Below are positions 16,774 to 28,200 of a stretch of DNA of 64,000 nt, piece by piece; the first letter of the stretch is position 1; the number at the start of each line of letters is the position of its first letter. Made by a program: the position numbers and the translations under genes. The stretch is from a virus: the IMG/VR virus record IMGVR_UViG_3300040811_000687. One strand, 5' to 3'. The notes under the pieces are model-generated. The model did not search any database. It was given only the letters and a program-made list of their open reading frames with translations, and was not told the origin of the DNA.

Positions 16774-16965
16774 ATGATAAATTCACAAATTTATTGTCAA
16801 AATTGTGGACACGAATCGCATTGTGGCGAAAATTGTTTACAAGATTACGGAGAATCACAAAAAACCGTATGTTGTACACATTGTAGTTGCGAAAAAGACA
16901 ATGATAATTGGGAAGATACTGTAAAATACGATTTAAACAATGAAGATTTATTTAATGGAGCATAA
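16774..16965 (+). CDS. Cys/His-rich small protein (metal-binding)
   Basis: CQNCGHESHCGENC...CCTHCSC; TATAAATA at 16761-16768. Confidence 0.65.
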   Translation: MINSQIYCQNCGHESHCGENCLQDYGESQKTVCCTHCSCEKDNDNWEDTVKYDLNNEDLFNGA

Positions 16966-16967
16966 AA

Positions 16968-17225
16968 ATGGCAAAAATGAGAATATTTAAGTTTTGGAAT
17001 GAAGCAGGTGATGAAAAAGAGAAAGAAGCGATGAGTTTGAAGAAGGCAATAATGTCAGTTCAAGGCGATTTTAAAGATAAATGGATAGGAGCTGAATATA
17101 TTAGTAAAAAAGGTAAAAATATTAGCACCTCTATACAAATACCAGTTGGTAGAAAAATTAGAGAAGCGGCCAGAGTAGAAAAAGCAAGAGCGGCTGCTAA
17201 AGCTTTAAAAGAAATGGGGAGATAA
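16968..17225 (+). CDS. Hypothetical protein
   Basis: GGAG RBS; in operon with PAAR. Confidence 0.6.
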   Translation: MAKMRIFKFWNEAGDEKEKEAMSLKKAIMSVQGDFKDKWIGAEYISKKGKNISTSIQIPVGRKIREAARVEKARAAAKALKEMGR

Positions 17226-17525
17226 ATGCCGTCAATTTGTAGGAAAGGCGATAGTTTAAGTACCGGTCATATATGTACTGGTACAACAACACTAGATACG
17301 CCTGGCCAAAGTACAGTTCGGGCAAATAGTATATTAATCGCAAGAGTGGGTGACCCAACAGTAAGTCACCCTTTCCCACCGGCACCTCCTTGTGCCCCTC
17401 ACGTTGCAAACGTTAATGTAGGCAGTTCAACAGTTTCAGTTTGTGGTAGTCCAATAGCTAGAATAGGGGATAGTACAGACGCTGGAGCAATGACTTCAGG
17501 TTCTTCAAATATCTTTGCTGGTTAA
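17226..17525 (+). CDS. PAAR-repeat spike tip protein (gp5.4-like)
   Basis: ICRKGD, IARVGD and IARIGD repeats; His/Cys metal ligands; GSSNIFAG terminus. Confidence 0.92.
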   Translation: MPSICRKGDSLSTGHICTGTTTLDTPGQSTVRANSILIARVGDPTVSHPFPPAPPCAPHVANVNVGSSTVSVCGSPIARIGDSTDAGAMTSGSSNIFAG

Positions 17526-17543
17526 CGTATAAATATATACGTA

Positions 17544-17969
17544 ATGCCAAATTTTGATAGTAGTAACACTAACAACAGTAAACGAGCAAATAGAATCTAT
17601 AAAGACTTGGATTTGAATTTTGGTCGTAATGTAGTAACAGGTGATGTAAATAAGTTAACCGATGTAGAGGCCGTTAAAAGAAGTGTTAGAAATTTAATTA
17701 ATACTTCTCATTTTGAGAGACCTTTTCACCCAGAAATTGGCAGTGATGTTAGAAGAATGTTATTTGAACCAATGACACCTCTTACAGCACTTAACTTACA
17801 AAGAAAAGTTGGCGAAGTTCTAAATAATTTTGAACCTAGAATAAAATTAGTACAAATTTTAGCTAGTCCAAATTTAGATAGAAATAGTTATCATTTAACA
17901 ATTATGTTCTATGTTATAGGTTCATCGGAGCCAATAACAGTAGAAACATTTTTAGAAAGATTAAGATAA
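17544..17969 (+). CDS. gp25: Baseplate wedge gp25
   Basis: YKDLDLNF, AVKRSVRNLI, ERPFHPEIGS, FEPRI; TATAAATA at 17528-17535. Confidence 0.95.
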   Translation: MPNFDSSNTNNSKRANRIYKDLDLNFGRNVVTGDVNKLTDVEAVKRSVRNLINTSHFERPFHPEIGSDVRRMLFEPMTPLTALNLQRKVGEVLNNFEPRIKLVQILASPNLDRNSYHLTIMFYVIGSSEPITVETFLERLR

Positions 17970-17970
17970 A

Positions 17971-19812
17971 ATGGCAAGCAATAAACTAGTAGTATCTGAT
18001 TTTGACTTTGATAACATAAAATCAAATTTAAAAACATTTTTACAAAATCAACCAGAATTTTCAGACTATAATTTTGAAGGATCAGGCTTTGCCGTTCTTT
18101 TAGATACATTAGCATACAATACACACTATCTTGGCTTCAATGCTAATATGTTGGTTAACGAAACTTATTTAAATAGTGCAGATATAAGAAAAAATATAGT
18201 TGCATTAGCAAAGATGATAGGATATACACCATCATCTGTTAGAGCGCCAGTATCAACTATTGACATAACAGTAAACAACGCTTCAGGTTCAAGTATCTTA
18301 ATGAACAAAGGTACAACGTTTACAAGTTCAGTAGATGGTACAAGTTATAACTTTTTAACTAACGAAGATATTACAATTACGCCTTTAAATGGTGTTTATA
18401 AATTTTCAAACGTTAATTTATATGAAGGTACTTTAGTTACTTTTAAATATACAGTTGATAGTACAGATACAGATCAAAAGTATATAATACAAAATTTAAA
18501 TGCTGATACTTCTACTTTAAAAGTAACAGTTCAAAACTCTGTATCAGATTCAACATTAAACACTTACACATTAGCTACAGGTTTAAGAAATATAACAGAT
18601 ACATCTAAAATTTACTTCTTACAAGAAACAGATAACGGTAAATTTGAAGTTTATTTTGGTGATGGCGTTATTGGTAAAAAATTAGAAGATGGTAACATAG
18701 TTATATTAGAATATATTGTTACAAACAAAGATGAGGCTAATGGAGCTAAAACTTTTGAGTTAGCTGGTAGTATTGGTACTTTTAATAATGTAACTATATC
18801 TACTAAAGCAAATGCTCAAGGCGGATCAGAGGCTGAAACAAAAGAGTCTATAAGATTTAATGCACCTTTACAATATACATCACAAGACAGAGCAGTTACA
18901 GCTACAGATTATGAATCAATAGTTAAGACATTATATCCTAATGCGTTATCTGTTAGTGCTTGGGGAGGAGAAGACGATGAAACACCGGTTTATGGTGTTG
19001 TGAATATCGCTATCAAAGCAGCTTCAGGTTCTACTTTAACAGAAACAACAAAAGCCTCTATTGTAAAAGAATTAATACCTTACAACGTAGCTTCAGTTAG
19101 ACCAATAATAGTTGATCCAGAAACAACATCAATTGTATTATCAAGTGTTGCTAAGTATGATAAAAAAGGTACTAGTAAGTCTGCCGACACTATTAAGTCA
19201 GAAATAGTTACGGCTGTTACAAACTATAACACAACTACTTTACAAAAATTTGATGGTGTGTTTAGATTTTCTAAATTAACAGGTTTAATAGATGATGTTG
19301 ATACAAATATACTATCTAACATAACAACTATTAATATGAGAAAGAATTTTACACCAACTATAGGGTCTTCAACAAAATACGATGTGTATTTTAGAAATGC
19401 AATTTATAATCCTCATTCAGGTCATTCAAGTGTTTTATCATCAACTGGTTTTAAAGTTACAGGCAGTGATAACGAAATGTTTTTAGATGATGATAGTAAT
19501 GGTAACGTTAGAAGATATTATCTAGTGAGTGGTGTTAAAACTTATGCTAATAATACACAAGGTACTATTAATTATGAAACAGGTCAAGTTACTTTAAATT
19601 CATTAAATGTAGCTTCAATATCAAATATAAGAAATGCTGTTTCCACCGTTATTGAAATTACAGTTAAACCAAATTCAAACGATATTGTGCCTGTTAGAAA
19701 TCAAGTGGTAGAAATAGACGTTACAAACTCAAATATAACTGTAGAGGAAGATACATTTGTTGGTGGTTCATCTGAAGCCGGCGTAGGCTACAATACTACA
19801 ACAAGTTACTAA
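17971..19812 (+). CDS. gp6: Baseplate wedge gp6
   Basis: DFDFDNIKSNLK, DYNFEGSG, LLDTLAYNTHY, YFGDGVIG, QDRAVTATDY, WGGED. Confidence 0.95.
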   Translation: MASNKLVVSDFDFDNIKSNLKTFLQNQPEFSDYNFEGSGFAVLLDTLAYNTHYLGFNANMLVNETYLNSADIRKNIVALAKMIGYTPSSVRAPVSTIDITVNNASGSSILMNKGTTFTSSVDGTSYNFLTNEDITITPLNGVYKFSNVNLYEGTLVTFKYTVDSTDTDQKYIIQNLNADTSTLKVTVQNSVSDSTLNTYTLATGLRNITDTSKIYFLQETDNGKFEVYFGDGVIGKKLEDGNIVILEYIVTNKDEANGAKTFELAGSIGTFNNVTISTKANAQGGSEAETKESIRFNAPLQYTSQDRAVTATDYESIVKTLYPNALSVSAWGGEDDETPVYGVVNIAIKAASGSTLTETTKASIVKELIPYNVASVRPIIVDPETTSIVLSSVAKYDKKGTSKSADTIKSEIVTAVTNYNTTTLQKFDGVFRFSKLTGLIDDVDTNILSNITTINMRKNFTPTIGSSTKYDVYFRNAIYNPHSGHSSVLSSTGFKVTGSDNEMFLDDDSNGNVRRYYLVSGVKTYANNTQGTINYETGQVTLNSLNVASISNIRNAVSTVIEITVKPNSNDIVPVRNQVVEIDVTNSNITVEEDTFVGGSSEAGVGYNTTTSY

Positions 19813-19820
19813 TTTAGCCA

Positions 19821-22436
19821 ATGGCAAAATTTGATAATAAAATATCCAACTTAATAAACACTCAATTACCAGATTTTGTTGTTGACGATCACCCAAAATT
19901 TGTAGAATTTCTAAAAACTTATTATCAATTTATGGAAGCTGCCGAGTTAGGCGTAACTTCTATTGAATCTACAGACGGAATTAATTTAGAAAATCAAACA
20001 GGCGTACAAAACAATTTAGTATTAAATGGTGGTTCACTTGGTGCTGAAAATACTCAATTAGACCTTGGTGATAAGATAATATTAGAAGATAGTAGTTTTG
20101 GTAAATTTACATATAGAGAAACTATAACAGGACAAACTTCTAAAGCAACAGCTATAATATTAGCTGAAGATTTAGATTTAAATAGACTATTCATAACATC
20201 ACAAGACAAATTTATAACAGGTGAAATTATTAAAGGAGAAAGTTCTAACGCTGAAGCAATTGTTAATACATACAGACCTAATCCTGTTCAAAGTATTCAA
20301 CAATTAACAAATTTTAGAGATCCAGATAAAGTTATTTCTCAATTTTTAGATAATTTTAGAAATGAGTTTTTTAAAACTATTCCAGACAATTTATCTTCAG
20401 GAATAAACAAAAGAAATTTAATAAAAAATATAAAATCTTTATATAAGTTAAAAGGTACACAAAAAGGTCACGAAGTATTTTTTAGAATACTTTTTAACAA
20501 TCAATCTGAAACATTTTATCCTAGAGAACAAATGTTAAAAGTATCAGATGGTAAATGGAATACACAAACAGTTTTAAGAGTATTAAGTACACAAGGAGAA
20601 ACTTTAAGTTTAATAGGAAGACAAATAAAAGGAAGAACATCAAATGCAACGGCAATAGTAGAAAATGTTGGAAAATTTTATGTTGGCGCTGATGAAGTTT
20701 CTGAAATTACTATAAACAAAAAAAGTCTTGTAGGTACTTTTGCTGTAAGTGAAACTATAGAGGGTACTGAAAGTGATCAGTCAGATTATTACATTCTAGC
20801 TACTATTACAGGTGTACCAGGAACAAAAACAATTAATAATGATGGTAATCTTTATACTACAAACGATTTAATAACAATTTCAGGAGGAGGTCAACAAGCC
20901 TCTATGCAAATTAGTGATGTTGGTTCTGGTAAAATAACTGAAATAGTTGTTGATAATGGTGGATCAGGATACGAAATAGGAGATACTTTATCTTTTAATA
21001 ATACAGGTACTTTTGGTAGCAATGCTTCAGGTGTTGTTACAGTTGTTAACGGTGCAGTTTCTAATGAAGATACTGATCATATTGTACTAGAAGAAGAAAC
21101 ATCTGCCGGTGATCATCTTACAGGAGATAAAATTGTTTTTGAATCAGGAACAGGTATAGGAGATATTACAGATATTTATTTAACAAATGGTGGTGACGGT
21201 TATAAATCTTTACCAACTGTTACTGTAACGTCTGATTCAGGTACAGCTTCGGAAATATTAGCATATGGTGATAACGTAGGAAGAATTTTGGGAATAACAA
21301 CATCAAATTTAGGTATTAAATACGAAAACTCTCCTTCTCCATCTTTAGCATTCATAAACAACTTATTTTGTACTACAGTTACAGGTACATTTACTAATGG
21401 AGATACAGTTACAGGTGGTAATTCAAGTGCTACAGGATTAGTTTCAGGTTGGGATTCTTCTAGAAACATATTAAAATTAAAAGAGGTTTCAGGAACCTTT
21501 CAAGCAAACGAAACAATAACATCTGTATCAGCTAGTGCAGTGCTTAAAAATATAGATGTAGCTTCAATAAGTTTAGATGTAACTGCTGTAGTAGACACAG
21601 ACGGAAAATTCTTAAATGAAAAAGGTCATATTTCAGAAACTACAATGAAAGTACAAGATAGTTTATATTATCAAGATTTTTCTTATGTATTAAAAGTAGG
21701 TAACTCAATTAATTCATGGAGAGACGCATTTAAAAAAACAATGCATACTTCAGGTTTTTATTTTACAGGACAAGTTAATTTAGAAAGTAGATTAGATTTA
21801 AAAAATAGAATAGCGCAGGCTGTTAATACAGGTGTAGACGGAACGCCTATAAAACAAATGTTGAGTTTGTTGTTTAGTTCTATGTTTGGTAGAAAATTGG
21901 GAACAATAGATGATAGTTCTAGTTTAAGATCAAATCCTCAACAAGACGTTTCTTCTTATGGCACCAATACAAGAGCTGTAACTTTAAGACGAGAACCTAT
22001 TGGTGTTAAACTAAATTTAAGATTAAGAAGAAAAGTTGGAACAGGTATACTACCTGATTTAAACAGTATTAATATAAGTCAAGGATTTGCATATTGTGGA
22101 CCAAGTTTTGGTTCAATAAACAAATATGCTAATACAGCATATGGTGTCACTGGTAATAGATCAGGTGGTATCAATGGTACAACTGGTATTACTTTTGCAG
22201 TTTTAAATGATTTAAAAATAACTGGTACTAGATCAAGTCTAGACGGTACACCAGCATTATTAAAAACGATAACTAACAATGCCGGGGGTGGACCAAATGA
22301 AGATGATTTTGCAAGGATGTTAAAGACCAACTTTACTTTTCCAGCAGATATTACATTCCCAGGAGAAGAATCGTTTAGTGGTACTACCAATAAATTTGAT
22401 AGCACAAATGAAAAATTTGATCAAACAAACGTATAA
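19821..22436 (+). CDS. gp7: Baseplate wedge initiator gp7-like
   Basis: QLPDFV...FVEFLKTYYQFME, LIKNIKSLYKLKGT, QDSLYYQDFSYVLK, HTSGF. Confidence 0.8.
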   Translation: MAKFDNKISNLINTQLPDFVVDDHPKFVEFLKTYYQFMEAAELGVTSIESTDGINLENQTGVQNNLVLNGGSLGAENTQLDLGDKIILEDSSFGKFTYRETITGQTSKATAIILAEDLDLNRLFITSQDKFITGEIIKGESSNAEAIVNTYRPNPVQSIQQLTNFRDPDKVISQFLDNFRNEFFKTIPDNLSSGINKRNLIKNIKSLYKLKGTQKGHEVFFRILFNNQSETFYPREQMLKVSDGKWNTQTVLRVLSTQGETLSLIGRQIKGRTSNATAIVENVGKFYVGADEVSEITINKKSLVGTFAVSETIEGTESDQSDYYILATITGVPGTKTINNDGNLYTTNDLITISGGGQQASMQISDVGSGKITEIVVDNGGSGYEIGDTLSFNNTGTFGSNASGVVTVVNGAVSNEDTDHIVLEEETSAGDHLTGDKIVFESGTGIGDITDIYLTNGGDGYKSLPTVTVTSDSGTASEILAYGDNVGRILGITTSNLGIKYENSPSPSLAFINNLFCTTVTGTFTNGDTVTGGNSSATGLVSGWDSSRNILKLKEVSGTFQANETITSVSASAVLKNIDVASISLDVTAVVDTDGKFLNEKGHISETTMKVQDSLYYQDFSYVLKVGNSINSWRDAFKKTMHTSGFYFTGQVNLESRLDLKNRIAQAVNTGVDGTPIKQMLSLLFSSMFGRKLGTIDDSSSLRSNPQQDVSSYGTNTRAVTLRREPIGVKLNLRLRRKVGTGILPDLNSINISQGFAYCGPSFGSINKYANTAYGVTGNRSGGINGTTGITFAVLNDLKITGTRSSLDGTPALLKTITNNAGGGPNEDDFARMLKTNFTFPADITFPGEESFSGTTNKFDSTNEKFDQTNV

Positions 22437-22460
22437 ATATAACTATAAATAAAGATAGAA

Positions 22461-23729
22461 ATGGCAAAACAAACAATATCAATCGGTTCAACTCCAAATG
22501 ACGGCACAGGCACTACTATTAGAGCTGGTGGAGATATAATCAACGATAACTTTAACGAAATTTATACTAATTTTGGAGACGGTACTAATTTAGTTTCTGG
22601 TATAATTACTGGTAAAATTGAAGGTACAAATTTTTCTAATAGTATCATCGTTGGTCACTCTACAACAGGAACACTAAACGACGCTAATACAAATACTGCT
22701 ATTGGTTTAGCAGCTATGGATGCCATAACTTCAGGAGATGGAAACACTGCCATAGGTTATGAATCGGCTACTAGTTTACAAGATGGTCAAGATAATATTT
22801 CTATAGGTAAAGCAACATTAGCGAGTGCAACATCGGCTACAAATAACGTAGCTGTTGGAAGATCAGCTTTAAATGCCAACTTAACATCAACAAATAATAC
22901 TGCTGTAGGTCATGAAGCAGGTAAATTAGTAACAGGAAGAAATAATACTTTAATAGGTGCTGAAGCTGGAGATAATATTACAACAGGATCAGGAAATGTA
23001 ATTATTGGAAATTCAGATGCAGATTCAGCTACAGGCGATAGACAAATGGAAATTGCAGGATTTGATGGATCAACACATACAGTTTGGTTAAAAGGAGATA
23101 GTACAGGTGAGGTTACTGTAACAATGGATCCGGTCTCAGTTTTAGGTGTTGCAACTAAGCAATACGTAGATAATACAGCAGCCGGTTTAAATGTACACGA
23201 ATCAGTTGCAGTTGCAACTACACAAGATTTAGCTACCGAAACAGGTGGAACAGTTACATATGATAACGGAACATTAGGTGTTGGAGCAACTTTAACATTG
23301 AGTTCAGCTATGTCAACTTTAGACGGTTACAGTTTAGTAAATGCAGATAGAGTTTTGGTTAAAAATGAGGCAAATCAAGCACATAACGGAATATATGTAA
23401 GAACGAGTTCAACAGTTTTAACAAGATCAACAGACTATGATCAAGTTTCTGATGTTCAATCAGGAGATACTGTTTTTATAGTAAACGGAACAGTAAACGA
23501 AAACAGTACTTTTGTTCAAACAAATGCAATGGTTACTATGGGTACCACTAATATTACTTGGTCACAATATGCTAAAGCAGGAACAGGTACTATGTCTACT
23601 CAAAATGCAAATAGTGTCAATATTACTGGTGGATCAATCAGTTTATCAGCCGTTTCAAATACTCAAAGTCTACTGATAAAAGACTCTAGTGGTTCAACAT
23701 TAAAAACAATTTATGGAACATCATCATAG
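22461..23729 (+). CDS. Baseplate-attached fibre protein with gp9/gp10-type N-terminus
   Basis: MAKQTISIGSTPNDGTGTTIRAGGDIINDNFNEIY; NTAIG beta-repeats; ATKQYVD; RVLVKNE..NGIYV. Tandem TATAAATA at 22432 and 22444. Confidence 0.8.
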   Translation: MAKQTISIGSTPNDGTGTTIRAGGDIINDNFNEIYTNFGDGTNLVSGIITGKIEGTNFSNSIIVGHSTTGTLNDANTNTAIGLAAMDAITSGDGNTAIGYESATSLQDGQDNISIGKATLASATSATNNVAVGRSALNANLTSTNNTAVGHEAGKLVTGRNNTLIGAEAGDNITTGSGNVIIGNSDADSATGDRQMEIAGFDGSTHTVWLKGDSTGEVTVTMDPVSVLGVATKQYVDNTAAGLNVHESVAVATTQDLATETGGTVTYDNGTLGVGATLTLSSAMSTLDGYSLVNADRVLVKNEANQAHNGIYVRTSSTVLTRSTDYDQVSDVQSGDTVFIVNGTVNENSTFVQTNAMVTMGTTNITWSQYAKAGTGTMSTQNANSVNITGGSISLSAVSNTQSLLIKDSSGSTLKTIYGTSS

Positions 23730-23756
23730 GAAGTATTATAAATAGGAATAACAATT

Positions 23757-25226
23757 ATGCCAGCGATAATAACAAATAAATTTAGAATTAATAATAGTGA
23801 GCAGTTTCACGAATCTTTCACAGAAGCTTCTCCAAATATTTACTATCTAGGTCTAGCAAGACCACAAGCTTATGGTACATTTACAAGAGGTGATGGCCGA
23901 ACAGATTATGAAGGAACAGACACAAATCCAGTAACACCAAGTGATACTGTAGTTACAGAATTTTCTGCTTTTGATGACTTATTAGCTGCTAAAAAAATTA
24001 CAAGTTCAGATGTTAGTTTTGCAGTACCAAGAAGAAATTGGACAACTGGAACAACATACGATATTTACAGACACGACTATGGAGAATTTGTTACAGGTAG
24101 TACTTTAACAAGAAATACAGCTAATAGTGGTGCAATAACTTTACATGACGCTAATTTTTATGTATTAACTACAGATAGAAATATCTACAAGTGTATTGAC
24201 AATGACGGTAATACTGCTTCAACAATAGAACCAACAGGAACAGGTAATGCTGTTATAACAACTGCTGATGGTTACAAATGGAAATACATGTACACTATGT
24301 CAGCTTCTCAACAATCAAATTTTTTATCAACTGACTTTATGGCAGTTTCAACTAACTCAACTGTTAGTTCAGCCGCTATAGATGGTTCAATTGATTGTAT
24401 TAGAATTAAATCAGCAGGTTCAGGTGGAACAGACGGAACACATTCAGTAACAATTAAAGGTGATGGATCAAGTGCAACAGCTAATGTTGTAGTTTCAGGT
24501 GGTATTATTACAGAGGTAACTATGACTAACGTAGGATCAGGTTATACTTTTGGTACAGTTTCAAACGCAGAAATAGTAACTGCTGGTGCAACAAACTTAA
24601 CAGGTGCAGAATTAGATGTGATTATATCTCCAAAAGGTGGTCACGGTTTTAATGCAGTACAAGAATTAGGTGGTTTCTTCGTAATGTTAAATATAAATTT
24701 AGAAGGAGCAGAATCAGCAAACTCTGGAGATTTTCATGCTGGTAATGACTTTAGAAAAATTTGTTTAATCAGAGATCCAAAAGCTTCAGGTTCAGCTGCA
24801 AGTGCTTCAACTTTAAGAGGTACTAAAGCAGTAAGACTAGCAGCTTCTCCTACACCAGGAACATTTACAGTTGACGAAGAAATTAATCAAGCAACTACAG
24901 GCGCTGTCGCTAAAGTTGTAGAGTGGGACGCAACAAACAGAATTTTATATTACATTCAATCAAGACATAATGACGCCGGCGTTGACGCTAATGGTAACTT
25001 GACAGCTATTTCTAGTACTCATGTAATTACTGGTCAATCGTCTTCAGCAACAGGAACGCCAGACACAAGCGTTTCGGCAACAGTTAACAATGTTGTATTT
25101 TCAAGTGGGTATTCTGCTTCTGAAATAGATCATGACTCTGGCGATGTATTGTACATAGAAAACAGAGCACCTATTCAAAGAGCAACAGACCAAACAGAAA
25201 ATATTAAACTAGTTATTGAGTTTTAA
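23757..25226 (+). CDS. gp8: Baseplate wedge gp8
   Basis: MPAIITNKFRI, VPRRNWTTG, YKCIDN, DGYKWKYMY, SGDVLYIENRAPI, ENIKLVIEF. Confidence 0.92.
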   Translation: MPAIITNKFRINNSEQFHESFTEASPNIYYLGLARPQAYGTFTRGDGRTDYEGTDTNPVTPSDTVVTEFSAFDDLLAAKKITSSDVSFAVPRRNWTTGTTYDIYRHDYGEFVTGSTLTRNTANSGAITLHDANFYVLTTDRNIYKCIDNDGNTASTIEPTGTGNAVITTADGYKWKYMYTMSASQQSNFLSTDFMAVSTNSTVSSAAIDGSIDCIRIKSAGSGGTDGTHSVTIKGDGSSATANVVVSGGIITEVTMTNVGSGYTFGTVSNAEIVTAGATNLTGAELDVIISPKGGHGFNAVQELGGFFVMLNINLEGAESANSGDFHAGNDFRKICLIRDPKASGSAASASTLRGTKAVRLAASPTPGTFTVDEEINQATTGAVAKVVEWDATNRILYYIQSRHNDAGVDANGNLTAISSTHVITGQSSSATGTPDTSVSATVNNVVFSSGYSASEIDHDSGDVLYIENRAPIQRATDQTENIKLVIEF

Positions 25227-25237
25227 AGGGAGATATT

Positions 25238-28200
25238 ATGCCAAGTCCAACAGACTTTAATCTTTCACCTTACTACGATGACTTTAATGAAACAAAGAAG
25301 TTTCATAGAGTTCTTTTTAGACCTGCTTTTGCAGTACAAGGTAGAGAGTTAACACAATCACAATCTATTCTACAAAATCAGATTGAGAGATTATCAGATC
25401 ACGTCTTTGAACAAGGCGCTATGGTTATACCTGGCGATATCAGTTATGACTTAAATTACTATGCAGTAAAATTAACTTCGTTTACAGACTCAGCTGGTGT
25501 AGGTGTTACATTAAACGATTTTATTGGTTTAACATTAACAGGCGCTTCTTCAGGTGTAAAAGCAAGAGTTGTTAATGTTGTAGCAACAGATGGTACTGAC
25601 CCCAATACTTTATTTGTAAAATATTTAAATTCAGGTACTAATAATACATCAACTGCTTTTTCAGCAGAAACAATTTCAGTAAATACTACTTTACAATCTA
25701 CATCAACAACAGTTTCAGCAGTAGTATCTTCTACAGCAACAGGTAGTGCAGCTTCAGTTAAAGAAGGTGTTTACTATATAAATGGTTATCATGTTAAGGT
25801 AAGTGATCAAAATTTAATACTAGACAAGTATACAAACACACCATCTTACAGAGTAGGTTTAACAGTAACAGAAAGTTTCGTAACTCAAAACGATGACGTA
25901 ACTTTAAATGATAATGCTCAAGGAGTTTCAAACACAAATGCTCCAGGTGCTCATAGATTTAAAATAGATTTAACATTAACTAAAAAATCATTAGCTGCTA
26001 CAGATGACGCAAACTTTGTAGAGTTGCTAAGATTAAAAAATGGTATTATTCAAAACCAAGTTAGAACAACTGAATATGCAGTATTAGAAGATACTTTAGC
26101 AAGAAGAACATTTGATGAATCTGGTGATTATGTAGTAAAAGACTTTGATATAGATTTAAGAGAACATTTAATTTCAGGTACTAATAGAGGTATCTACACT
26201 TCAAGCGATGGTGGATCAGAAAGTAAAATTGCTGCTGGTATGGAATCAGGTAAAGCATATGTAAAAGGTTATGAAATAGAAACTTTAGGTACTACTTTTG
26301 TTGATGTAAATAAAGCAAGATCATTTGATACACAAAATAATTCTACTACTAGATTTGATGTAGGTAACTTTGTAAATGTAAATAATGTTTACGGTTCTCC
26401 AGACATAGGATTTGTATCATCTGGACCTGTTGCAGCTTTTAAAGAAGTAAATTTATATAAAGAAAAAACAGCTGTAAGAGGAACAGAAAATGCAGGATCA
26501 GGTTCAAATATAAAATCAGTAGGTCATGCTAAATCTAAAGGATTTCAATATGTTTCAGGTAATGCTGTTAGTGGTGCTTATTCTAGTTCAAGTGCAACAG
26601 AAAATGTATTCAGACATTATCTATTTGATGTTGTTATGTTTACTCATATCAACGTTGCAAAAAATCAGGCATTTACAAATGGAGAAGAAATTACAGGTGG
26701 TACTTCAGGTGCCAAAGGTACTGTTGATCAATTATCAACAAGCAATCAATATTCAATTACAGGTGCAACAGCGGCTAATCCTGTAGTTATTACTGCTACA
26801 AACACTTTACAAGACGGTCAACAAGTGACAATCAACAGTGTTGGTGGTATGACAGAATTAAATGGTAACACTTATACAGTTAAAAATCCAACTAGTTCAA
26901 ATTTTGAATTAGATGTGGATGGTTCTTCTTTTACCACGTATACAAGTGGTGGTACAGCAGATCAATCAGTTGTAGTATTATATAATGTATCAGGAACATT
27001 TGTACCAGGAGAAACTATAACAGGTGGTATTTCATCTAACACTGCTACTATTCAAGCAGACGCTAGAGGCTTTAAAGGTGTCACTTCATATGATTTCTCA
27101 TCTACAAAACAAATTGGTATGCCAGGTACTCCTACATACACAGCAGATACAATTTTAGATAGTACAAACGGAGAAAGTTTACAAATTACAGGTACATTAT
27201 CTATTGCAAACAGTAGTACAACTGTTACAGGTTTCGGTACTAAATTTAATACAGAATTAAGATTAGGTGATTCAATTACATTTACTACAGACGCAGGTTC
27301 TTCAATAACAAAAATTATTGAGGCAATTGTTTCAGATACTTCTTTAGAATTATCATCAGCTGTTGGTGGTTCAGACGTATCAACTAAATCAAATGCAACT
27401 AGAAATAGATCAACACTTAAAGATACAAATAAAAATATTTCTATATTTAAGTTACCATATGAAACAGTTAAAACATTAAAAACAGCTTCAAACTCTGGTG
27501 CTAGTGATACAAGTTTTAAAGTTAGAAGACAATTTGTAAAAACATTAACTGGAAACGGTGACGAAACTATTTCAGCAGGAACAGACGAGACATTTGCTTC
27601 TTTATTAGATTCAGATTTTTCAGTTTCAATTATGTCAACTGGTTCTGGTGGATCAGGTGCAGTAGGAGATTTTTTATCTTTACAAGGAAACAACCACGAA
27701 GGAAACCCTATATTTACATTAAGTGGTTCTCCAACAGGAAAATCTTTAGTATTAGACTTTGGTGCTAATTATGCAGGACATAAAATTAAAATTTTAGCAA
27801 CAGTTAATAGAGCTGTTGTAGAAGAAAAATCAAAAGTTTTAGTACAAAATGCAACGAGAGCCCACACTTCATTAGCAGATATTAAAAAACAAGGTGGTAT
27901 GAGATTAGGCAAAAGTGATATTTACAAATTAAATTCTGTTAAAATGGCAACTTCTTTTGGTACTTATTCATCTTCAGGAGAAATTGATATTACAGATAGA
28001 TTTACTTTAGACAATGGACAAAGAGATAACTTCTATGATATAGGTAGAATAACTTTAAATAAAGGCGCAGTAGACCCAACAGGTTCTATTCAAATTGACT
28101 TTGATTATTTTTCTCATGGTTCAGGAGATGTTTTCACTGTTGATAGTTATTCAGGAGTTGTTGACTATGCAGATATTCCTTCTCATACTTCGGATACGAC

